Of a stretch of DNA of 64,000 nt, positions 40,521 to 48,360 are shown one piece after another. The first letter of the stretch is position 1; every line of letters starts with the position of its first letter. The translations under genes were made by a program, and so were the position numbers. Under the pieces are notes generated by a model that ran no database searches, was not told the DNA's origin, and saw only the letters and a list, made by a program, of their open reading frames with translations. This stretch comes from an uncultured Solirubrobacterales bacterium (GTDB lineage Bacteria > Actinomycetota > Thermoleophilia > Solirubrobacterales > 70-9): assembly GCA_963742535.1 (NCBI GenBank), contig CAVUMC010000002.1, positions 1,683,146-1,747,145 on the forward strand. Direction: 5' to 3'.

Positions 40521-41228
40521 CTAGAGATCGCGGGGAGCGACGACGCCGCTCTGCAGGGCTTTCTCAACCAGGGCAAGACGCTTGCGGTTCTGCGGCAGGT
40601 CTTCCAGTTCGAGCTTCTCGAAGAGAGCCCGCATGTGGGTCTTGACCGCGTCGACGCTGAGATGGAGCTCGTCGGCGATCGCTTGGTTGGTTGGTGGGGT
40701 GGCAAAGTTCGAGCCGTCCTTGAAGGGGCGGCAGAGGGCGAGGAGGACGCGCCGCTGTCCCGGCGAGATCGTCGCTGCGGCTGACACCTCGCTGGCGACC
40801 ACGGTCGCTTCCGGCGCTGACTCCCCGGGGCGGCGAAAGAGCACGGTTGTTTGGCCGAAGCGCAGGGTGTCGCCGTCGCGGAGGCGGCGGCGACCGTGCA
40901 CGCGCTCGGTGTTGACGAAGGAGCCGTTGCGCGAGAGGCCGTCGTCGAGCAGCGTGCACTCGCCGCCGACGACCTCGACCTGGGCGTGCAGGGCGGAGAC
41001 CTCCTCGTCCCAGTCAAGGCGCAACCCAGCCGCCTCGCCGCGGCCGATCCAGAGCTCGGTTACTCCCGCCGCGATCGCCAGGATCCGCTGCTCTCCTGCC
41101 CCGTCGCGGAGAACGAGGAAGGGGCACCCGCCGCGTTCGGCCTCGATCTGCTGCTTCAGCTCAGCGGCACTGGTCTGGCGGGGCGCGCTCACGGCGCTGA
41201 TCCTACGGCGAGGGGTGAGCGAGTCCAT
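40521..41228 (-). CDS. FHA-domain protein with C-terminal LuxR/GerE-type HTH
   Basis: FHA core WIGRGEAAGLRLDWDEEVSALHAQV..DDGLSRNGSFVN..LRDGDTLRFG. C-terminal HTH NQAIADELHLSVDAVKTHMRALFEKL. Start at Met 41228. Confidence 0.75.
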   Translation of the reverse strand: MDSLTPRRRISAVSAPRQTSAAELKQQIEAERGGCPFLVLRDGAGEQRILAIAAGVTELWIGRGEAAGLRLDWDEEVSALHAQVEVVGGECTLLDDGLSRNGSFVNTERVHGRRRLRDGDTLRFGQTTVLFRRPGESAPEATVVASEVSAAATISPGQRRVLLALCRPFKDGSNFATPPTNQAIADELHLSVDAVKTHMRALFEKLELEDLPQNRKRLALVEKALQSGVVAPRDL

Positions 41229-41316
41229 CCCTAGGGGCCCTGGGAGGGGCGGCCGATGCGGGCGAAGCTGGGACCACGGAGCAGTCAACCCGCCAAATCG
41301 ACTCAAGGAGACTCAA

Positions 41317-41946
41317 ATGACTCGCAATCGCAACGCCCAGAAGATCGCCCGCCGCTTCGTCCTCCTGGCCGCCATCGCCAGCCTCGCGCTGGCCGTCGCC
41401 CCCACGGTCGGACAGGCCAAGGCCCCGGTCAAGTTCGGCGCCATGCTCAACTCGAAGGTGCAGCCCTCCAACTCGCTGCCTGGGCTCAGCTGCAGCGGCC
41501 CTGAAGCCCCGCTCACCACCTGCACGATGGTCCTTAACGACGCCTACGGCCGTCCCAACGGTGGCGAGATCGCGCCGAAGACCGGCACGATCAAGAAGCT
41601 CCGCCTGATCGCCGGCGGCCCCGGCAGCTTCCGCTTGATGGCGGTGAAGAAGATCAACGGCACCGACTCGATCGCCAAGCGCTACGGACAGCGGATCGAA
41701 TATCGCGGCCAAATGGAATCGGCCGAAGAAGAAGGCGACTACAACGTCGAGTCCTTCCCGGTCGATATGAAGATCAAGAAGGGTGAGCAGCTCGCCATCC
41801 GCGGCAGCATCACCTCGATGATCCGCTGCTCCTCGGGCGGCCCCAACACCCTGATCTACAACCCGCCCCTCTTCCTCGGCGGCTACTTCACCCCCGCCAG
41901 CGACACCGACGGCTGCTGGCTGCTGATGGAAGCGCTGATCAAGTAG
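41317..41946 (+). CDS. secreted protein, unknown function
   Basis: AAGGAG RBS 6 nt upstream and the signal peptide ..LALAVAPTVGQAKA. The rest of the 454-aa tracked ORF is antisense to the FHA gene. Confidence 0.65.
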   Translation: MTRNRNAQKIARRFVLLAAIASLALAVAPTVGQAKAPVKFGAMLNSKVQPSNSLPGLSCSGPEAPLTTCTMVLNDAYGRPNGGEIAPKTGTIKKLRLIAGGPGSFRLMAVKKINGTDSIAKRYGQRIEYRGQMESAEEEGDYNVESFPVDMKIKKGEQLAIRGSITSMIRCSSGGPNTLIYNPPLFLGGYFTPASDTDGCWLLMEALIK

Positions 41947-42688
41947 ATCGCACGACCTGTGATCCGCCGACGATGGCCTCAGTGCCATCGTCGGCGAACA
42001 CGATCCAGGCCTTGTTGCCGCCGTCGTAGTCCGGCGCCCAGAGCTTCAGCGTCGCCGGGCGATCCCAGACGGTGACTTCCTCGGCGCCGGTCTCCTCCTC
42101 ACCGCGCCAGATCCGCACGAAGGGGTTGTCCTGGCGCTCCTCGCCGATCGTCGTCGGCTCGCGGTGGCCGGGATGGACGACGGTCTCCGGGTGCAGCTCC
42201 ATCAGCCGCATCACCGAGGCCTTGAGGTCGGCGAAGCCGCTGGCGCCGGGCGCCATCGTGCCGCCGACCGTGCCCTTGAAGAGGACGTCGGCGGTGAAGA
42301 CGTCACTGCCGTTGACCAGCAGGGCGACGTGGCCGGCGGCGTGGCCCGGGGTCGAGATCGCTTCGATATCGAGGCCGCCGGTGCTGAGCGTCTCGCCGTC
42401 GCCGATCGTCTGCGCGATCTCATCGGCGATTTCGGCAGCGGCCTCGGCGTGGGCCACCATCGGCACGCCGCCGAGCTTCTCCTGCGCCGCGGCGAGGCCG
42501 GCGACGTGATCCGCGTGGGGGTGGGTGATGAGGATGTGAGTGATCTCGATCCCGTCCCTCTCGGCTCGCTCGAGCAGCGGCTCGAGCTCATCGTTGCCGT
42601 CGATCAGCACGCCCTTCCCGCCGGCTTCATCGGCGACGAGATAGGCGTTGGACAGCCACTGCGGGTTCTCGGTCCTCTCGACGATCAA
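41939..42688 (-). CDS. MBL-fold metallo-hydrolase (glyoxalase II-like)
   Basis: HPHADHVAG (HxHxDH) and downstream His/Asp ligands. Confidence 0.85.
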   Translation of the reverse strand: MIVERTENPQWLSNAYLVADEAGGKGVLIDGNDELEPLLERAERDGIEITHILITHPHADHVAGLAAAQEKLGGVPMVAHAEAAAEIADEIAQTIGDGETLSTGGLDIEAISTPGHAAGHVALLVNGSDVFTADVLFKGTVGGTMAPGASGFADLKASVMRLMELHPETVVHPGHREPTTIGEERQDNPFVRIWRGEEETGAEEVTVWDRPATLKLWAPDYDGGNKAWIVFADDGTEAIVGGSQVVRST

Positions 42689-42769
42689 GCGTCTCTCCTT
42701 AAGTTGGGCGAACGGGTAGCCGGGTCGGCGTCTGTCGAACTCTCCCAGACGCCACCCGTGGGGAGGAGC

Positions 42770-43534
42770 TCAGCCCGCGACCGGGGCCGTGCTACCCCGC
42801 ATCAGCACTGTCGCGACCAGCCCCGGGTCGTCCCAGGTTGGCGTGTGGCCGACGCCGGGCAGGGTGAGGAAGCGGGCGTTGGCCGGGCGACGCTCGGGCC
42901 GGGGTGGACCGACCAGGCGGTCGAGCTCGCCCCAGGCGAGGATCACCGGGATGTCGGGGTAGTCGGTCGGGTCGAAGACGTGGGTGCGCATCGCCCGGTT
43001 GGCGCCGTCGTAGCCGTTGGCGTCGATCCAGCCGAGCACCAGGCGACGCCCCGCGTCGGCGGGGATGCGACCGGGGTGGGCGGCGAAGGTGGCGAGGGCT
43101 CGCTCACGCAGCCGCCGGTTGTGCAGCGCCACCGAGACGAGCGGCCGCAGCCGCCGCGCCCAGACACGGGTGTTGGTCCGCCGCTCGCCGATCGGCGCCC
43201 GCCAGAGGCCGGCCGGGGAGATCGCCGTCACTGAGGCCGCCCAGCCGGCCCGTCCCATCTCCAGCGCGACCCAGCCGCCGAGCGAGTTGCCGGCCACGTG
43301 GGGCCGCTCGATCCCCAGCGCAAGGCAGTGCTCGTGCACGGCCGCGGCCAGGTTGGCAGCGCTCGGCTCGACCTGGGCGGCGAGCGGCGGCGTCGCGCCG
43401 AAGCCCGGCAGGTCGATCGCGATCGGCTCGCGATCGGCCTCGAGCAGCTTGATGACCGGGCTCCAGATCTCCTTCGAGCCGCCGAGGCCATGGAGCAGCA
43501 GCAGCGGCTCGCGCCGCTCCGCGCTCACCGCCAT
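42770..43534 (-). CDS. alpha/beta hydrolase
   Basis: HGLGGS oxyanion region, the nucleophile elbow GNSLGG and a C-terminal GH. It overlaps the upstream CFA-like gene by 10 nt. Confidence 0.8.
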   Translation of the reverse strand: MAVSAERREPLLLLHGLGGSKEIWSPVIKLLEADREPIAIDLPGFGATPPLAAQVEPSAANLAAAVHEHCLALGIERPHVAGNSLGGWVALEMGRAGWAASVTAISPAGLWRAPIGERRTNTRVWARRLRPLVSVALHNRRLRERALATFAAHPGRIPADAGRRLVLGWIDANGYDGANRAMRTHVFDPTDYPDIPVILAWGELDRLVGPPRPERRPANARFLTLPGVGHTPTWDDPGLVATVLMRGSTAPVAG

Positions 43535-44718
43535 CCCGGCTTCGCCAGTAGCACCTGCACGTCGCCGATGCGGCGCTCGCGAAACCCCGCCTCGGAAGAG
43601 CAGAGGTAGAACTCCCAGAGGCGGCGGAAGCGCTCGTCGTAGCCGCGCTCACGCAGTTGCTCCCAGGCGGCGTGAAAGCGTCGGCGCCAGCCGGCAAGAG
43701 TGGGGGGATAGTGGGCGGTGATGTCCGCCATCCATACCTCACGCATGTCGGTGACGCGGGCGATGCAGTCGGAGATTAGGCCCCGCGAGGGCAGGCAGCC
43801 GCCGGGGAAGACGTGGGTGTTGGCGAAGCTGCGGGCGCCCTTCTCGCTCTCATAGAGGCGGTCGTCGATCGTGATCGCTTGCAGCAGCATCAGCCCCTCG
43901 GGCGTGAGCAGCTCGCTGCAGCGGCGGAAGTACTCGTCAAAGTGCTGCCAGCCGACCGCCTCGATCATCTCCACCGAGACCAGCCGGTCGAAGTTGCCGC
44001 GCAGGTCGCGGTAGTCCTCCAGCAGCACCGTGACCCGGTCAGCCAGGCCGGCCGCCGCGATCCGCTCCGTCGCGAGCGCGTGCTGGGCGGGAGAGATGGT
44101 GGTGGTCGTCACCCGGCAGTCGTACCGGCTGGCGGCGTGGATCGCCAGCCCGCCCCAGCCGCTGCCGATCTCGAGGAGATGGGTGTCGGGACCGAGTCGC
44201 AGCTCACGGCAGATACGGTCCAGCTTCGCCAGCTGCGCCAGCTCGAGGCTGGTGTCCGGGTGGGGGAAGTAGGCGCAGGAATAGAGCATGCGCTCGTCGA
44301 GGAAAGAGCCGAAGAGCTCGTTGCCGAGGTCGTAATGGGCGGCGATGTGCCGCCGCGCCTTCGCCCGGGTGTTGTCGGGAACGAGGTGGCCGAGGCGATG
44401 GGCCCAGCCACGCGGCATGGCGACGATGCTGCTCAGGGCGCTGGGGTCGCGCAGCTGGCGGGCGGCGATACGGAACAGTGCGACCAGGTCGTCGGTCTCC
44501 CAGAGGCCGTCAACGTAGGCCTCACCGAGGCCGGTGCTGCCGCGCAGGACACTGCGCCAAGCGGCTGGATCGTGGACCGCGACCGAAGCGCGCAGCTCGG
44601 CGCCAGCGGGTCCGAAGCTGCGCTCGCGTCCCGCCTCGCGCAGGTCGATCCGACCGCCGCGCAGGCGAGAGAGAGATGCGGAGACGGCGGTGCGGGCAAG
44701 CCGGTCCCCTACGGCGAT
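43525..44718 (-). CDS. cyclopropane-fatty-acyl-phospholipid-synthase-like SAM methyltransferase (start undefined)
   Basis: GLGEAYVDGLWETDDL (compare E. coli Cfa GLGESYMDGWWECD), HYDLGNELF, YSCAYF and the SAM motif LLEIGSGWGGLA. There is no in-frame ATG/GTG/TTG between 44958 and 44419. The 44718 end (an ATC codon) is a placeholder; see the frameshift finding. Confidence 0.75.
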   Translation of the reverse strand: MAVGDRLARTAVSASLSRLRGGRIDLREAGRERSFGPAGAELRASVAVHDPAAWRSVLRGSTGLGEAYVDGLWETDDLVALFRIAARQLRDPSALSSIVAMPRGWAHRLGHLVPDNTRAKARRHIAAHYDLGNELFGSFLDERMLYSCAYFPHPDTSLELAQLAKLDRICRELRLGPDTHLLEIGSGWGGLAIHAASRYDCRVTTTTISPAQHALATERIAAAGLADRVTVLLEDYRDLRGNFDRLVSVEMIEAVGWQHFDEYFRRCSELLTPEGLMLLQAITIDDRLYESEKGARSFANTHVFPGGCLPSRGLISDCIARVTDMREVWMADITAHYPPTLAGWRRRFHAAWEQLRERGYDERFRRLWEFYLCSSEAGFRERRIGDVQVLLAKPGWR

Positions 44719-45485
44719 AGGAAGCCCTTTGGGCGCTTCCCCTCTGGGTGAGGGAAGTAGCGGGCGCCGCGCAGCTTGAGCCTCAGCGACTGGGCGTAGA
44801 TCTTCGCTACCACCTGCAGCGACATCGCTGGATATTGCAGCAGCATCCGGGTCAAAAGTGAACGGCTGAGCTCCCGCCGCCGCAGCGAGAGCGTCGCGTC
44901 GAATTGCTTGCCGCTGTCCACCGTGTGGGACGCGATGTGGACGGAGAGGCGGGTCCCCGGTTCCCCCGCGCGGAAGGAGTAGGTCTGGTCCATTCCCATC
45001 AGTGGTGAGACGTGCAGCTCCTTGTCTAGGTCGCCGCTGAGGACGGGACCGCGCCGCTCGCCACGAGCGAGCACGTAGGGGTGACGTTCGCCCCAAGGAA
45101 TGTTTTTGACGTCGGCCACGACCGCCTCCACTCGTTCGTCCGCCGCGTCGAAGCAGTAGTAGAAGCTGACCGGGTTGAAGGCGTGGCCGAGGTAGCGCAA
45201 GTTGGCGAGCAGGCGCACTGGCCCGCCCGGCCGCCGCCCGGTCACTTGCTCGACCTCGTCGCGAGCGCACTCGGCGAGCGGGCGCGAGCGGTCGCCCATG
45301 AAGTCGGCGCGGCGGAAGCGCGCCGGCGCCGCCCGCCGGGCTGACCAGAGCGGGAAGGGATCGAGCGTCCCCGGCAGCTCTTCCAGGTCGAGGTACATGA
45401 GGAAGAGTCGGTAGCGGAAGCTGTGCTCGACCGGCTCGAAGCGCCGGTGCCGCACCCACCCCTCGTAGACGGCGGAGATGCTCAC
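44709..45485 (-). CDS. DUF1365-family protein
   Basis: YEGWVRHRRFEPVEHSFRYRLFLMYLDLEEL is the characteristic N-terminus. It sits between the FAD oxidoreductase and the CFA-like gene, as in many genomes. Confidence 0.85.
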   Translation of the reverse strand: MSISAVYEGWVRHRRFEPVEHSFRYRLFLMYLDLEELPGTLDPFPLWSARRAAPARFRRADFMGDRSRPLAECARDEVEQVTGRRPGGPVRLLANLRYLGHAFNPVSFYYCFDAADERVEAVVADVKNIPWGERHPYVLARGERRGPVLSGDLDKELHVSPLMGMDQTYSFRAGEPGTRLSVHIASHTVDSGKQFDATLSLRRRELSRSLLTRMLLQYPAMSLQVVAKIYAQSLRLKLRGARYFPHPEGKRPKGFLSP

Positions 45486-46798
45486 GCTGCCACCCCCGTT
45501 CCTTGCTGAGTTCGCCCTTTTGGCTCCGTATGCCCCCCAAAGGACGAAGTCAGTGAGTGGGCATTAGGCGCGAACCGCTCGCAGGCGCGCATCGCGCTCA
45601 GCACGCCGTCCTCGTGGAAACCCCAACCCCAGTAGGCCCCGCAGTAGTGGGTGCGGCGCACGGCGCTGATCTCGGCGTGCTGGCCTTGGGCGCGGACGCC
45701 CTCGGCGGTGTAGACGGGGTGCTCATAGGTGAAGCGGCGCAGGATCTTCGCCGGATCGATTTCCTCCTCGCGGTTGAGCGTGACGAGGAACTCGCGATCG
45801 GCGCGCAGCCGCTGCAAGTTGTTCATCCAGTAGGTGACGGTGCTGCGGCCCGTCGGCGGCTCGCTCAGGTGGAAGTTCCAGCTCGACCAGGCGGTGCGGC
45901 GGCGGGGGAGCAGGGAGGCATCGGTGTGGAGGACGGTCTCGTTGCGCTGAAAGGGGATCGCGCCGAGGATTTCGCGCTCGGCCTCGCTCGGGTCGGCCAG
46001 CATCGCCAGCGCTTGGTCGGAGTGGGCCGCGATCACGACCTCGTCGAAGTCCTCGCTCTCGCAGCCGTCGGCCTCGATCCGCACACTGTCGTCGAGGCGC
46101 TCGATCCGACGCACCGGCGCTCCCAGGCGGACGCAGTCGCGCCAGGGAGCTGAGATCGCCTCGACGTAGCTGGCCGAGCCGCCGCTCACGGTCCGCCAGC
46201 GCGGGCGATCGCGCAGGCTGAACATGCCGTGGTTGTCGAAGAACTCAGCCATGAAGCTGGCCGGGAAGCTCCACATCTGCTCGGGGTCGGCCGACCAGAC
46301 CGCCGAAGCTTGGGGCACGATCAGGCGCTCGATGAAGTGACGGGAGAAGCCGCGCTCCTCCAGCCAGTGCCCCAGCGAGGGGGCGGTGCCGTTCATTCCG
46401 ATCAGGGTGCGGGCCTCGCGGTTGAAGCGGCGCCAGTCGCGCAGCATGCCGAGGAAGGTGGGGCTGAGCAGGTGACTCGGGCGCGAGAAGAGTCCCAATG
46501 GTGTGCCCGAGAACTCGAACTCGCCGCGCCCGTCGGAGACCGAGAAGCTCATGTGCGAGGGCTGGCTGGCGACGCCGAGCTCGCCCAGCAGCCGTTCGAA
46601 GTTGGGGTAGTTGCGGTCGTTGAAGACGATGAAGCCGGTGTCGATGCGATGGCTGCGGCCCTCGCTCTCGACCGTGACCGTGTTCGAGTGCCCGCCGAGG
46701 CGGCTCGCCGCCTCGAAGACGACCAGCTCATGCTCGTGGTGCAGCAAGTGGGCAGCGACCAGCCCCGAGATGCCGGTCCCGACGATCGCAATCTTCAT
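45482..46798 (-). CDS. NAD(P)/FAD-dependent oxidoreductase (amine-oxidase/desaturase-like)
   Basis: MKIAIVGTGISGLVAAHLL..VFEA..LGGH dinucleotide fold. First gene of the 46798-42770 operon. Confidence 0.85.
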   Translation of the reverse strand: MKIAIVGTGISGLVAAHLLHHEHELVVFEAASRLGGHSNTVTVESEGRSHRIDTGFIVFNDRNYPNFERLLGELGVASQPSHMSFSVSDGRGEFEFSGTPLGLFSRPSHLLSPTFLGMLRDWRRFNREARTLIGMNGTAPSLGHWLEERGFSRHFIERLIVPQASAVWSADPEQMWSFPASFMAEFFDNHGMFSLRDRPRWRTVSGGSASYVEAISAPWRDCVRLGAPVRRIERLDDSVRIEADGCESEDFDEVVIAAHSDQALAMLADPSEAEREILGAIPFQRNETVLHTDASLLPRRRTAWSSWNFHLSEPPTGRSTVTYWMNNLQRLRADREFLVTLNREEEIDPAKILRRFTYEHPVYTAEGVRAQGQHAEISAVRRTHYCGAYWGWGFHEDGVLSAMRACERFAPNAHSLTSSFGGHTEPKGRTQQGTGVAA

Positions 46799-47088
46799 TG
46801 ACCATCCACTACGAGAGTGGTGCCCGATTGGATGAATCCCCCAAACTCGCCTCGCTCAGGGGTCTCCAACGGTATGCGCGATTTCGGTACGCCAATGGTA
46901 TGGCGGTTTCTTTGCCCGCGGCCGGATGGCCGCTAACGTGTTCCCAGTTGACGTGAAGAAGTTCTCTGTGGCGCCAGGGTTTCCGCCCAGTCTCTTCGCG
47001 GTCACCTCTTTTCTGCAATGGCGCTCATCGCGTACATGTCAGCCCCTGCGGCCATCCACGCCTACGAGATTAGGTCGGGTCCCGCTCC

Positions 47089-48183
47089 GTGAGCGGGCGC
47101 CCGGCGGGGGCGCTTGCGGGCATAGCCATGACCTTGCTTCTCCTGGCGGTTCCGGGAGGAGCCGTCGCCAATCGTCCCGACCCGGGCGTTCCGCTCGAGG
47201 TGCCGCGTGCGGCGGTACCGATGCACGACGTCGTGTTGGGCGAGCCCGGTGCTGCGGCGGCGCGGATATCGGCATCCGCGTCGTCGCAGCGCTACTCGAT
47301 CGATGACGGCAGCGGGGCGACGATCGCCGTCTCGGTCACCGCCGCCTGCGCGGCGGAGTGCGACGTCACCGATCCGCAGCGAGTTGCCGACTTCATCGGC
47401 ACGTTGATCCACGGTCGCGAGGTCGATTTGGTCTCGATCCAGCTCGACACCAAATACGAGCTCGGCTTCGATTGCGGCTTCGGCGCCGAGGCCTGTTACT
47501 TCAGCGGCGAAAACAAAATCGTTATCGGGGGCTACGAGGAAGCTGACGAAGACGGGGCGAGCTTCGATTTCGTGCTCGCCCATGAGTACGGGCACCACGT
47601 TGCCCAGCACCGCGAAATGCCACCCCCGTTCGGCAGCGCGATCGACTGGGGGCCAGAGCACTGGGCTTCCGTCGAGGGGGTCTGCCAGGGGGAGCGGCAT
47701 CACCGCTTCTATCCCGGGGATGAGGGGACCCACTACTTCGAGGACCCGGGCGAGGCTTTTGCCGAGGCCTTTGCTCATTACCGCTTCCGCGACGCGTCAC
47801 CAACCTGGCGCTACAGCCCGGCGCTGCGGCCCAACGAGGCTGCCTTCCGGGCGATTCGCGAAGACACCCTTTCGCCCTGGCAGGGGCGGACGAGCTTCAC
47901 GCTCTCCGGGCGCGTTCCGGCCAGGGGGGAGGGCGCAGCCGTCGAGTCCCTGCGTACGCCACTCGACGGATTGGTCAGCCTGCGCCCAAGCAGCCTGCGC
48001 AGGCACGGCTACGAACTGGCCCTTCGTAGCCGTGCCGGCAGGCTCCTTCGCCGCTCCCGCGACGCCATTGACCAAGGTGACAGCCTCAACTACACCGTTT
48101 GCGGCGCCCATCGCCTCCGCCTCGTCATCACCTCGACCCACCGCCATCCGGGCCCCTTCCACCTCCAAATCCAGCGACCCTGA
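47089..48183 (+). CDS. secreted HExxH protein (putative MA-clan metallopeptidase)
   Basis: Signal-like N-terminus ..MTLLLLAVPGGAVA, then VLAHEYGHHV (HExxH) with a downstream GEAFAEAFA Glu candidate. Confidence 0.55.
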   Translation: MSGRPAGALAGIAMTLLLLAVPGGAVANRPDPGVPLEVPRAAVPMHDVVLGEPGAAAARISASASSQRYSIDDGSGATIAVSVTAACAAECDVTDPQRVADFIGTLIHGREVDLVSIQLDTKYELGFDCGFGAEACYFSGENKIVIGGYEEADEDGASFDFVLAHEYGHHVAQHREMPPPFGSAIDWGPEHWASVEGVCQGERHHRFYPGDEGTHYFEDPGEAFAEAFAHYRFRDASPTWRYSPALRPNEAAFRAIREDTLSPWQGRTSFTLSGRVPARGEGAAVESLRTPLDGLVSLRPSSLRRHGYELALRSRAGRLLRRSRDAIDQGDSLNYTVCGAHRLRLVITSTHRHPGPFHLQIQRP

Positions 48184-48238
48184 GATAATGCCTCTCAGGC
48201 GCTAGTCTGCCCGTCCGGCCCACAACGCCGGACCTTCC

Positions 48239-48312
48239 GGGGGCGTAGCTCAGCTGGTTAGAGCGCTGGCCTGTCACGCCAGAGGTCGCGGGTTCGAGTC
48301 CCGTCGCTCCCG
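48239..48312 (+). tRNA. tRNA-Asp (anticodon GTC)
   Basis: The manual cloverleaf has acceptor GGGGGCG/CGCTCCC (one G-T pair), D arm GCTC-AGCTGGTTA-GAGC, anticodon arm CTGGC-CTGTCAC-GCCAG and T arm GCGGG-TTCGAGT-CCCGT, with discriminator G. Confidence 0.93.
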
Positions 48313-48360
48313 TCTTCGTCGATCCGCAAGGGCTCATTTGCCGCTATACCTGTTAGCCGG

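Noticed and set aside
42727-42753. Small hairpin GGCGTCTG-N11-CAGACGCC between the alpha/beta hydrolase and MBL genes
   Set aside because: The stem is only 8 bp with an 11-nt loop and no U-tract, so it is too weak to call a terminator.
44719-45540. N-terminal extension of the 671-aa ORF (the CFA-like frame running through DUF1365)
   Set aside because: This part is Arg/Pro/Gly-rich and overlaps the genuine DUF1365 frame. I kept only the methyltransferase-homologous part and raised the start-codon problem as a separate finding.
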